A stretch of 44,763 nt of DNA from an uncultured archaeon (GTDB lineage Archaea; Aenigmatarchaeota; Aenigmatarchaeia; Aenigmatarchaeales; JACQIB01): NCBI GenBank assembly GCA_964372405.1, contig CAYJQM010000001.1, positions 1-44,763 on the forward strand, in the 5' to 3' direction. Positions 32,698 through 41,346 of the stretch are shown in pieces. The notes under the pieces are model-generated. The model was given only the letters and a program-made list of their open reading frames with translations, was not told the origin of the DNA and did not search any database. The number at the start of each line of letters is the position of its first letter. Positions within the stretch are counted from its first letter, which is position 1. The position numbers and the translations under genes are program-made.

Positions 32698-35501
32698 CTG
32701 CTCCAATACTTTTTGTTTTTGATGAATTGACGCTCTGCGTCTAACATATCTTTGTAGAATTCGTCATCGTTTCGGTGCATTCTTGCTAAGATTCTGGAGC
32801 ATGTTTGAGGTCCAATGCCGCGGCCTGCTAGTGTTAGACAACCCCTTTGACCGTAAACAATAATCATATCCGCGCTACGCTTGATTTGCTCAAGTCTTTT
32901 CATCTCGTCTTTTGTCAAGTCTCCACCTTTCAGTCTTTTTTGCACAATACTCTTTGCTTCGGTCATGTATGGTGAAATTGCTGCAATCAACTTGCTCGTA
33001 CATTTTGGGCAACGGGGTTCTGTATCGATGTCAGCTACCGGTAGAACAATGTCGTATTTTGCACAGTTCACACAAACCAGTCTGAGCTTTGTAGCTAACA
33101 ATCTTTGTTTGTAAAGTTTAAGGATCTCGCCTTCAGGCCTATCGGGTTTTGCAATGTCGTGGAGCTCGTATTTCAATCCCAATTCTCCTAAAGGAGAAAG
33201 CTTCTCGGATTCCAGTAGTTTGATTTCTCCCTTCTTGATTTTCTTGAAAATTTCTTCTGCTTTCCTTACGTCAAGTTTCTGCTGGAATACTTCATTTAGG
33301 GTCTCATCGGCGAGAGGAGAATCACTGTAAGTCTTGATTATCCTATCCATGCTTATGTTCTCAAAGGTTGCATCCCTCCTTATTGCACCAAAACGCTTTG
33401 CTATCTGAATAAATCTGTGTTTGAAAAGAGAAGAGTTTGGCAGGGCGGCTGCAAGAACCGGTTCGATGTCCTCAGGCCTGTACTTATTAAATATTTTCTT
33501 GATGTCAGATATTTGAACAGAGTTAAAAACAATTCTGTAAGGATCGGACTTTGTTGCTATTATGCGACCTTGTTCTGCGGAAAGCAAAGCAGAAATGAAG
33601 CGAGCCAATGTTTCATTTACAAGAGAGCCGAAACAGGCATGTAGTACCGTATACTCTCCATAGTTTTCAAATACTACTGAGTTGTTATCAGGTACAATAA
33701 ACTTTGCCTGCTTCTTGATCAAATCTATCATGCATTTTGCTGCTCCAGTAGAAACAGGATATTTTCCTTTAATCTTTTCAATAAGGTTTTTATTGTCTAC
33801 GCCATCTGCAATTTCTTTTCTTAACCTTCCGACCTCCTGTGCGACTTCAAATGGAACCGGAATCAACTCACCTTCCCACGCCGGAACGGCAGATTCCAAT
33901 CCGCTTGTAGCCTCTACGTAAACTTTGTCTTTTTCTACAGAAACAACTCTCCACGGTCTGCCTTTTACAATAAAAGATGAACCAGCTTGGTTATGTTCCG
34001 CTACAAATGTTTCGTCTAAAGATCCAACTGCAGAATTTGTAGTCATGTCAATAATTCTGTACGTTCTATTGTCAGGTATTGTTGACATAGAATTGAAGTA
34101 GTATTCTAATCCTCGACGTTTTCTTGCGATTCCCTTATCGGTCCAGATAAGATGAATGGACTCCATGAATTTTAACATCTTGTCAAAATATTCTTTCGTT
34201 AAATTCTTGTAAGGGTAAGCACGTTTTACTATCCTGAAAACATCATCCGGTTGTATCTGGTAATTGCTCATTGACAAACCAATAATTTGGTGCGACAAAA
34301 CATCCAGAGACATTATTGGGAGCCTAGGATTTTCAAGCTCCTTGGCTAAAGATTTTCTTGCAATAACAGACGATTCAAAGATGTCGTCACCATCGCCTGC
34401 AATAATTATTCCTTTTGTAATCTTGCTTAAGCTGTGACCTGAGCGTCCAAGTCTTTGTAAGAATTGTGTAACCTCTCTAGGCGACATGTACTGTATTACT
34501 AAATCTATTACTCCAATGTCTATTCCTAATTGCAAAGAAGATGTTGCGATTATTGCCTTAAGCTTTTGTTCTTTGAACTCCTGTTCAGTTTTAATTCTAA
34601 CGTCTTTTGATAGAGAAGAGTGATGAATGTCATGCTTTAGATTTTTATCAAGGTCTCTTAACCTGCTGGAAAGAATTTCAGAGGCCTCTCGGGTATTTGT
34701 AAACATTAGAGTTGCTTTATGGCTGTTCATCAGCTCACTAATTGTTCTAAGCCTTGCTGCTACCGTATCCCCAATGAAAAGCTTCTCTGCTAGAACCTTG
34801 TCGTCTTTTGTAGGTTCTGGATATTCGACTTTAAGGTCTACTGACTTTTCAGCAGTTGCTGATAGGATTTCGTATGGGTGTTCTGCAAAAATAAATTTTG
34901 CTACATCTTCCGGAGCGCCCACAGTTGCTGAAAGAGCAACGATTTGGAAATTTGGAGAAATCTCCCTTAGCCTTTCTAATGCAAGTGTTAGCTGAACGCC
35001 TCTTTTACTGTCTACCAATTCGTGCACTTCATCGATAATCAGATACTTTAGATTTTGCAGGAGAGCACGCATTTTTCCTCCTACCAACATTGCTTGCATC
35101 TGTTCTGGCGTTGTGATTAACATGTCGTTTGGGAACTCTGTTTGAAGTTTTCTTTCGTGCGCTGTTGTGTCGCCATGCCTTACAGCAACAGAAAATTCAA
35201 GCTCTTTAGACCACCATAGGATTCTATCCAGTAAGTCTCTGTTTAAACTTTTCAACGGTGTTATGTAAAGAATCGAAGTTGGCTGTGGCTTTTCTTGTAG
35301 CCAGCGACTGAAAATTGGCATCAAAACAGCTTCCGTCTTGCCGGTACCTGTAGGTGCCATGAGCAAAACATTTTTGCCTTTAATGATCGGAGGTATTGCC
35401 AGATTTTGTGGAGCTGTAGAAGTGTTGAAACGCTTACCAACAGTCTTTTGCATTTGCTCTGATAATGTATTGAACGTCATTTCTCCCACTAAATAAAACA
35501 T
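32694..35501 (-). CDS. lhr: Lhr-family (large helicase-related) SF2 ATP-dependent helicase with C-terminal zinc ribbon
   Basis: Walker A APTGTGKTEA, DEVH box, SAT, ..QRLGRSGH.., a DEAD-associated domain and C-terminal CVNC..CPKC. Confidence 0.8.
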   Translation of the reverse strand: MFYLVGEMTFNTLSEQMQKTVGKRFNTSTAPQNLAIPPIIKGKNVLLMAPTGTGKTEAVLMPIFSRWLQEKPQPTSILYITPLKSLNRDLLDRILWWSKELEFSVAVRHGDTTAHERKLQTEFPNDMLITTPEQMQAMLVGGKMRALLQNLKYLIIDEVHELVDSKRGVQLTLALERLREISPNFQIVALSATVGAPEDVAKFIFAEHPYEILSATAEKSVDLKVEYPEPTKDDKVLAEKLFIGDTVAARLRTISELMNSHKATLMFTNTREASEILSSRLRDLDKNLKHDIHHSSLSKDVRIKTEQEFKEQKLKAIIATSSLQLGIDIGVIDLVIQYMSPREVTQFLQRLGRSGHSLSKITKGIIIAGDGDDIFESSVIARKSLAKELENPRLPIMSLDVLSHQIIGLSMSNYQIQPDDVFRIVKRAYPYKNLTKEYFDKMLKFMESIHLIWTDKGIARKRRGLEYYFNSMSTIPDNRTYRIIDMTTNSAVGSLDETFVAEHNQAGSSFIVKGRPWRVVSVEKDKVYVEATSGLESAVPAWEGELIPVPFEVAQEVGRLRKEIADGVDNKNLIEKIKGKYPVSTGAAKCMIDLIKKQAKFIVPDNNSVVFENYGEYTVLHACFGSLVNETLARFISALLSAEQGRIIATKSDPYRIVFNSVQISDIKKIFNKYRPEDIEPVLAAALPNSSLFKHRFIQIAKRFGAIRRDATFENISMDRIIKTYSDSPLADETLNEVFQQKLDVRKAEEIFKKIKKGEIKLLESEKLSPLGELGLKYELHDIAKPDRPEGEILKLYKQRLLATKLRLVCVNCAKYDIVLPVADIDTEPRCPKCTSKLIAAISPYMTEAKSIVQKRLKGGDLTKDEMKRLEQIKRSADMIIVYGQRGCLTLAGRGIGPQTCSRILARMHRNDDEFYKDMLDAERQFIKNKKYWSS

Positions 35502-35584
35502 TGTTATATAATTTGGGGATAGATTTTTACTCCCAGAGGTTTACTATAAATCAACTTTTAAAAAGACACATGTAACTTTAGTAT

Positions 35585-36223
35585 ATGAATGCTGGACAAA
35601 TTGGAGGGAAGAAGAGAATTTTCTTAGAGATCTTCAAGAAAGCCGAGAAAAGGTACGGTAAGGTTTCAAAGCGCCTTGCTTCGGAAGCTTGGGGAGAACC
35701 CTGGCAGACTTTGATCACGACAATAATGTCTGCGCAAAGCAGAGATGAAACAACAATACCGATTGCAGAAAGACTTTTTGCGCACTACGGAACTTTGGAA
35801 AAGTTATCGCATGCAAAATATGCGGATGTTCTTGAAATTTTCAAAAGCCTTAATTACAACAGGACAAAAGCCAAGAATGTTATAGGAGCTGCGAAATTTA
35901 TTCGCAATGAATTCAAAGGAAAAGTACCTGAGGATATTGAAGAGTTGGTAAAAATTCCTGGTGTCGGTCGCAAGACGGCGAATATTGTTAAGGTAGAAGT
36001 GCATAAACATCAAGCAATACCAGTGGATACGCATGTGCACAGGCTTTCAAATGTTTTAGGTTTGGTTAAAACAAAAACTCCTGAGCAAACAGAGCAAGAA
36101 CTAATGAAAATTGTGCCCAAGAAATATTGGGGCAGAGTAAACAGGATTTTTGTTCTTTGGGGCAAAGATGTTCCAGGTCGGGACAAGAAAAGATTTTTGA
36201 AGGCCTTGGATGCTAAAATCTGA
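35585..36223 (+). CDS. nth: endonuclease III-like HhH-GPD DNA glycosylase lacking the [4Fe-4S] cluster loop
   Basis: ..IPGVGRKTANIV.. carries the HhH and catalytic Lys, and ..VDTHVHRL.. the catalytic Asp. The C-terminal region has no cysteines where Nth carries C-X6-C-X2-C-X5-C. Confidence 0.75.
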   Translation: MNAGQIGGKKRIFLEIFKKAEKRYGKVSKRLASEAWGEPWQTLITTIMSAQSRDETTIPIAERLFAHYGTLEKLSHAKYADVLEIFKSLNYNRTKAKNVIGAAKFIRNEFKGKVPEDIEELVKIPGVGRKTANIVKVEVHKHQAIPVDTHVHRLSNVLGLVKTKTPEQTEQELMKIVPKKYWGRVNRIFVLWGKDVPGRDKKRFLKALDAKI

Positions 36224-37790
36224 TGCCAAAATTCGCAAGCACGCTGGAAAATAATTTTATTATTCCGTTGATCAGTGAAGAAATGAAATTGCTTGCGCCT
36301 GCAATTATTGCACCGCCAATATTTGATCCGCCAGTTTTGTTTCCACCCAAACCAAGGAAAAATCCTGTTAGACCAGATGGTTCTGGATTTTTTACGGTTT
36401 CATTGCTCACTATTTCAACAGAAACTTTTGTTCCAGTTTCCGATAAACTTTTTAACGTGATAGTTTCTGTTCCATCATAGTTTTTTGTACCGTCTTTAAC
36501 CCTAACTTTTAGAGTATACTCACCTTGCGCTTCCTGTTTTATGGTATTTGTTAATTTTATCGTGGTTTTGCTGTTTGGTTTTAGCGTAACGGTTTGTTTG
36601 TTGGCGGTTGCTCCGCCAGTATTTGCATATTCTGTGCTGCCTTCGCTCCTGTAAATATAGGAATAAATTTCAACTTCTTTTGTAGATTCAAAGCTATTGA
36701 AAATAAGTGCTTCGATTTCGAAATTATTTCTAATATACAAATATTTTGTGATATCGACTGAAATTGATGTGGAAATCGTGGAGGAGCTACTTCCGCCAGA
36801 AGTTGAGCTGCTTGATGAAGAGCTTGAAGGTGGCGGACAGTTTTGGTTGGGCGTTACAGTGAATGTGAAATCTATCCGTTCCAATTCTTCCCAGTCGTTG
36901 CTCGTTGCGTTGGTAAGATTGTAAACTCGCACCCTTCCGGTATATCCTCCTGTCGGATCGGCAGAGTTGCAGTTGGCTTCCATATTGAAAGTAATGTTGG
37001 TTTTAATGTTGTCGCTTGCATTAACATAGGAAAACTCTTTTGCAGTATCCGAATTTTGGAAAGTTTGACTGATTTTGCTTCCTGTGCTATCGATAGCAAT
37101 AAATTTAGGATCGAACGTGTAAGCAACAATCCTGATTTTAGAAAAATTGTAACTGCCAGCGCTGAAATTTATGTTTACAAAAGATTGTGCGCCGAAGGCG
37201 AGTGATGTCGGGAACGAATTAATCGTAACGTTATATTCAACTTGCGAACTTGGAACACCATTCTGGCTTCCTGGTGTGCCGCCATTCAATGAGGATTGCT
37301 TCAGCGAGCCATCTGACTGGCGCCCAAGAGAATAATTTTGCGATGCAATGTCATTGTAAGTTACACTATCATAAACCGTTCTATCGCTTCTGTTCAAAGT
37401 TATAGTTTCTCCAGAATTGCTTAGGCCGTTTGTGCACATCTCGCTCCCGTTGATGTGGAACAACCATGCAGAGGCATTTACAGTAAAATTGTTCAGAACG
37501 GTTGAGCCTGAACCGCCGTCTGCAATTATTGCATACGCTCCTGCAGGCAATGTTAGATTAGTTTCACCGTAGGTCAAGCCGTCAGATTTGTTGACATAAC
37601 CTGGCAATATCCCCTTGTCGCATAAGAACCATCCGGTTAAATTGATTTCTGCACTTTCATTATTGTAAAGCTCTACCCATTCAGCGTAAGATTCGCTCGC
37701 AGCAGGATCGTACATTATTTCGTTTATCTGTATCGCACCTGTTAGTGCTGGCAGTGCCAGCAGAAAAGTGCAGAACAACCTGAAGCTCAT
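36213..37790 (-). CDS. secreted/cell-surface lamin-tail-domain (LTD) protein with poly-Ser linker and C-terminal hydrophobic anchor
   Basis: Signal peptide MSFRLFCTFLLALPALTG (ATG 37790; the track ORF extends to 37823). LTD motif INEIMYDP..EWVELYNN..INLTGW. PPPSSSSSSSSTSGGSSSS linker. Gly-rich segment plus a hydrophobic C-terminus. About 18 N-x-S/T sequons by manual count. Confidence 0.7.
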   Translation of the reverse strand: MSFRLFCTFLLALPALTGAIQINEIMYDPAASESYAEWVELYNNESAEINLTGWFLCDKGILPGYVNKSDGLTYGETNLTLPAGAYAIIADGGSGSTVLNNFTVNASAWLFHINGSEMCTNGLSNSGETITLNRSDRTVYDSVTYNDIASQNYSLGRQSDGSLKQSSLNGGTPGSQNGVPSSQVEYNVTINSFPTSLAFGAQSFVNINFSAGSYNFSKIRIVAYTFDPKFIAIDSTGSKISQTFQNSDTAKEFSYVNASDNIKTNITFNMEANCNSADPTGGYTGRVRVYNLTNATSNDWEELERIDFTFTVTPNQNCPPPSSSSSSSSTSGGSSSSTISTSISVDITKYLYIRNNFEIEALIFNSFESTKEVEIYSYIYRSEGSTEYANTGGATANKQTVTLKPNSKTTIKLTNTIKQEAQGEYTLKVRVKDGTKNYDGTETITLKSLSETGTKVSVEIVSNETVKNPEPSGLTGFFLGLGGNKTGGSNIGGAIIAGASNFISSLINGIIKLFSSVLANFGIRF

Positions 37791-37836
37791 GCAGAATTTT
37801 GCGCAGAGCGCGCATAAAAACATCCAGAGCTTTTGT

Positions 37837-39285
37837 TTAACGTTTCTTTATCTTCATTGCGTGCTTCGGCTTTATTTTCTTTTTAGAAATCTTTTTCTCT
37901 TCTTTCTTTTCTTCCATCTTTGGCTTTGCGCCTGTCATTATTCCGTATTCGCGCAAGGCTGCTAAAGCTCTAACGGCGCGCTCTGGTGTTGAGTAGACTG
38001 GAATTCCAAATCCTTCCAACCTTCTTGTTAGCTTTAGTGTATAATCGCTCTTGTTTGCGCAAACAACCATTGGCTTGCCGTAAATTTTTGCATCACGCAA
38101 AACATCTACTACACTTTCCTCAACGGATGGCGATTGCAATTGCACTATAACAACAATCGCGTTAATGTTTTTGTCCTTGGATGCAGCTTCAATTGCTTTC
38201 TGGAACCATTCGAAGTTTGCCGCCAATGTAAGGTCTAAAGGATTGGAAATTTTTATATTTTCTGGTAACATGTTTTTCAAGCTCTTGGTAGCCTCCTTTG
38301 AAATTTCAGGAACTTCGAAGCCTGCTTGCGTTGCTGCATCAACTGCTAAGACACCCATGCCACCACTGTCTGTTACAATGGCAACGTTCTTGCCTGCAGC
38401 AGGTGGTTGTGATGCCAAAGCCTTTGTAAAGTCAACCAACTCTTCAAGCGTTTTCGCTTCCAATATGCCTGCTTGCCTGAAAGCTGCTGAATATGCCTCT
38501 GCTGGACCTGGTGATATGCCAGTATGCATCGCTACAGCTTCAGAGCCCTTTTGAGTTTTTCCAGCCTTTAAAACAACTATTGGTTTTATTTTAGCCACCT
38601 TTGAGGCCGTTTTAATAAAATCAGGGACGTTTGCTGCATATTCAATGCATAGTGCAATCGCTCTTGTGCCTAAATCACGTCCAAAATAGTCTAGAAGGGA
38701 AGTTTCGTTAAGTCCTATGCCAGCTCCATATGCAATAAATTTGCTTATTCCAATGCCTTCTGAGCCCATTCTATCCATAATTGAGCTTCCTATTGTACCA
38801 GACTGTGTAATAAGTCCAATTTGACCTTCAGAAGGTCTTTTAAGCCTTTCTTTTGTGAAAAAGAGCGTATCTATTACCTTAGGCTGATAGACTCCTAAAG
38901 CCGATGGACCTAAAAGTAGTACATCTTTTCCTTTTAAGAGCTTTTTAAGCTCTTCTTGTCTTTCTTTGTTCTCAGATCCTTCAAAACCAGTACTTAATAG
39001 TGAAATAGCCTTTATTTTCTTCTTAATACAATTTTCAAGTATTTCTAGAGCTAATTCTGCCTTCACAGCAATGATAGCTGTATCAACTTGGTCTGGAATG
39101 CTTTCTATAGAAGAAAACGTTTGAATATTGGCGATTTCAGTTGCTAAAGGATTAATAGGGTATATTTGTCCCTTAAAAGTACCTTTTAGGTTTTCTAGTA
39201 TATTGTATCCTATCTTTCCTGGCGTCCTGCTCGCACCTATTACAGCTATGTTGCGAGGGTTAAAGAACAAATCAATATTAGACAT
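37837..39285 (-). CDS. ADP-forming acetyl/acyl-CoA synthetase alpha-type subunit (CoA-binding plus succinyl-CoA-ligase-like domains) with Lys-rich C-terminal tail
   Basis: ..FFNPRNIAVIGASRTPGKIGYNILENL.. (CoA-binding Rossmann) and ..MHTGI..-type phosphohistidine region (AVAMHTGISPG). ATG at 39285 is chosen over the upstream extension. No ATP-grasp beta subunit is adjacent. Confidence 0.7.
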   Translation of the reverse strand: MSNIDLFFNPRNIAVIGASRTPGKIGYNILENLKGTFKGQIYPINPLATEIANIQTFSSIESIPDQVDTAIIAVKAELALEILENCIKKKIKAISLLSTGFEGSENKERQEELKKLLKGKDVLLLGPSALGVYQPKVIDTLFFTKERLKRPSEGQIGLITQSGTIGSSIMDRMGSEGIGISKFIAYGAGIGLNETSLLDYFGRDLGTRAIALCIEYAANVPDFIKTASKVAKIKPIVVLKAGKTQKGSEAVAMHTGISPGPAEAYSAAFRQAGILEAKTLEELVDFTKALASQPPAAGKNVAIVTDSGGMGVLAVDAATQAGFEVPEISKEATKSLKNMLPENIKISNPLDLTLAANFEWFQKAIEAASKDKNINAIVVIVQLQSPSVEESVVDVLRDAKIYGKPMVVCANKSDYTLKLTRRLEGFGIPVYSTPERAVRALAALREYGIMTGAKPKMEEKKEEKKISKKKIKPKHAMKIKKR

Positions 39286-39341
39286 CGTCGGTATAATGTA
39301 GCAACAAGTATTTAATGTTGACGGTTTTTGGTTGGTGTGGC

Positions 39342-39590
39342 TTACACTTTGTAAACCATATCGCCGTCTCTGCATTCCTTATCGGTTTTTAATGCAACTT
39401 CCTGACCTTTCTTGCCCGTGCTTACAGCTTTGTGCTCCATCTGCATGCTGGCAACAGTCTGTTCAAATGGTTCAGTCTTGCCGCCGATTTCAATTTTATC
39501 GCCCGCTTTTAGCGCAGCATCAAGTTTTACAACCGCAACGCTTACATTTGGGAAGAAATGAATTATCTTGCCGATCAACGTCTTTTCCAT
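39342..39590 (-). CDS. small EF-Tu domain-2-like beta-barrel protein ('translation elongation factor-like protein')
   Basis: MEKTLIGKIIHFFPNVSVAVVKL..LKAGDKIEI.G..TEPFEQTVASMQMEHKAV....KGQEVALKTDKECRDGDMVYKV matches the widespread ~85-aa family as I remember it. Confidence 0.55.
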   Translation of the reverse strand: MEKTLIGKIIHFFPNVSVAVVKLDAALKAGDKIEIGGKTEPFEQTVASMQMEHKAVSTGKKGQEVALKTDKECRDGDMVYKV

Positions 39591-39698
39591 GAGTTCATTA
39601 GGCTTCTAGAGAATAAAAAGGTTTCGTGATGGCGAACGTTTAAATGTTTAACAGGAACATATAAATCATTAAAATATAACTGAGTTGTAAAAAAAGAA

Positions 39699-39715
39699 GT
39701 TTAACTTCGTTAAAC
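39699..39715 (+). promoter_or_regulatory. hairpin GTTTAAC-TTC-GTTAAAC at the predicted 5' end of the cassette B / rSAM transcript
   Basis: Perfect 7-bp stem with a TTC loop closed by C-G. It lies downstream of TATA-like CATATAAATC / AAAATATAAC (about 39657-39680). Confidence 0.4.
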
Positions 39716-39719
39716 ATAT

Positions 39720-39817
39720 TTTCGCATTTAGAAATTGGTGAGCAAAAATGAAGTTGACCTTTATGAAATTGAATCATCAACACACTTTTGCATTTAGAAA
39801 TTGGTGAGCAAAAATGA
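39720..39817 (+). repeat. SD/start-codon cassette, copy B: 28-nt direct repeat GCATTTAGAAATTGGTGAGCAAAAATGA at 39724-39751 and 39790-39817, 66-nt period
   Basis: The two 28-mers are identical. The 61-nt core 39732-39792 is identical to the reverse complement of 3696-3756. Confidence 0.9.
39748..39807 (+). CDS. 19-codon micro-ORF / candidate leader peptide (MKLTFMKLNHQHTFAFRNW)
   Basis: The GGTGA SD lies 7 nt before the ATG. Stop TGA is inside the GGTGAG SD of the radical SAM gene, 6 nt before its ATG. Paralogous to the micro-ORF at 3672-3740. Confidence 0.35.
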   Translation: MKLTFMKLNHQHTFAFRNW

Positions 39818-41334
39818 CCAAGAATAAAGTTTTGTTGTTTGCGCCTAAGCCTTTGGATAATGATGTAAAGTATCCGCCGTATCCTGTGCTTTCCCTTGCC
39901 GGGTTTCTGCTGCAAGAAGGTTATGAAGTTAAAATTGTCCATGCTTCTGTTGATCCAGAATATGCAGACAAAGTTGCATCATTTTTAGATGATAGTGTAG
40001 TTGCTGTTGGCATCACATCTATGACAGGAGAGCAGATTAAAGGCGGCATCGATGTTGCTAAAGCTGTGCGAATAAAAAATCCAAATGTTCCAATTATTTG
40101 GGGCGGTTATCATCCATCGCTTATGCCCAAAGAAACTTGCGCCAGCGAGTTCGTTGACATTGTAGTTAAAGGACAAGGTGAAGTAACTTTCAAAGAACTT
40201 TGTAATACTCTTCGCGATGGAAAGCCGCTTGATGGCGTTCTCGGTATCGTTTTCAAGAAAGATGGTACAATAAAAGAAAATGCAGACAGACCATTTCAAA
40301 ATCTTAACAGTTTTCCAAAGTTACCGTGGCAACTTATTGATATTAGCAAGTATATCAACGAAAACATGGAAATGGGCAAGAAAACTATGGCTTACATAAC
40401 AAGCCAAGGATGTCCTTTCCGATGTACATTTTGTGCAGAACCGCAAGTAACCAAAAGAAGGTGGAGCGGAATAGAAGCAAAAAGAGTTGTTGATGATTTA
40501 GAATTTCTTGTTAAAGATTATGGTGTAGATTCCTTTATTTTCTCGGACAGCAATTTCTTTACAGACAGAGAAAGAACCAGAACATTTTGTCAAGAAATTA
40601 TTGATAGAGGATTAAATATAAAATGGGGCGAAGCCAACGGTCGCACAGAGAATTTGGTCCGATACGATGATGCATTATGGGAGCTTATGGTTAAGGCTGG
40701 ACTTTACAGTATTCTTTGCGGAGCGGAATCAGGTTTACCAGAAGCATTAAAAATAATTGAGAAGGATGCAACTGTTGAAGACACCGTAAATTTTGCAGGA
40801 AAGGCTGCAAAATATGGCGTGCGTGTAACTTTCTCTTTTATGATAGGGCTGCCGGGAATGGATATCAACAAGGAAATGCTTAATACTACAGATCTTATCA
40901 GCAAAATAAACAAGATTCAAAGTGAAAGTAAATACGAATATCACAACAGATTTTTCATTTACTTCTACTGTCCGTATCCGGGAACAAAATTATGGGGAAC
41001 AGCACTTACTTATGGTTTCGAATGTCCCACAGACTTGCAGGGTTGGGGAGACTGGACATTGGATACAAGACATTGCAAATGGATACCGGAAGGCTTGGAC
41101 TTGAAAGCCTTGAGGTATATTGTAAAGTTTGCCGCCAATGCTTTCGAATTGCCACCAAGCACGGCGAAGAAAATAAAATCCAACCCGCTTCTTCACATCG
41201 GTTACAAAGTTGGCTACAAAATGCTGCACACAACAGCTGCTATTAGATTAAAATACAAATTCTTTGAATATCCGATAGAATTCGCTCCGATTAAAAGGTT
41301 TGCAGAGGCATCTTCATTGAGAACCGTGGAATAA
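39814..41334 (+). CDS. B12-binding domain-containing radical SAM protein
   Basis: N-terminal B12-binding domain (..YPVLSLAGFLLQEGYEVKIV..VAVGITSMTG..), the radical SAM motif GCPFRCTFCAEP, and C-terminal ..YCPYPGTKLW.. . Confidence 0.85.
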   Translation: MTKNKVLLFAPKPLDNDVKYPPYPVLSLAGFLLQEGYEVKIVHASVDPEYADKVASFLDDSVVAVGITSMTGEQIKGGIDVAKAVRIKNPNVPIIWGGYHPSLMPKETCASEFVDIVVKGQGEVTFKELCNTLRDGKPLDGVLGIVFKKDGTIKENADRPFQNLNSFPKLPWQLIDISKYINENMEMGKKTMAYITSQGCPFRCTFCAEPQVTKRRWSGIEAKRVVDDLEFLVKDYGVDSFIFSDSNFFTDRERTRTFCQEIIDRGLNIKWGEANGRTENLVRYDDALWELMVKAGLYSILCGAESGLPEALKIIEKDATVEDTVNFAGKAAKYGVRVTFSFMIGLPGMDINKEMLNTTDLISKINKIQSESKYEYHNRFFIYFYCPYPGTKLWGTALTYGFECPTDLQGWGDWTLDTRHCKWIPEGLDLKALRYIVKFAANAFELPPSTAKKIKSNPLLHIGYKVGYKMLHTTAAIRLKYKFFEYPIEFAPIKRFAEASSLRTVE

Positions 41335-41346
41335 AAATAGCTAATT

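Noticed and set aside
39724-39817. The repeat-spacer-repeat geometry (28-nt repeat, 38-nt spacer, 28-nt repeat) looks superficially like a minimal CRISPR array.
   Set aside because: There are only two repeats. The 'spacer' is identical at the second locus (3672-3767). Each repeat carries an SD plus ATG that is used by real genes. No cas genes or leader are present in the window.
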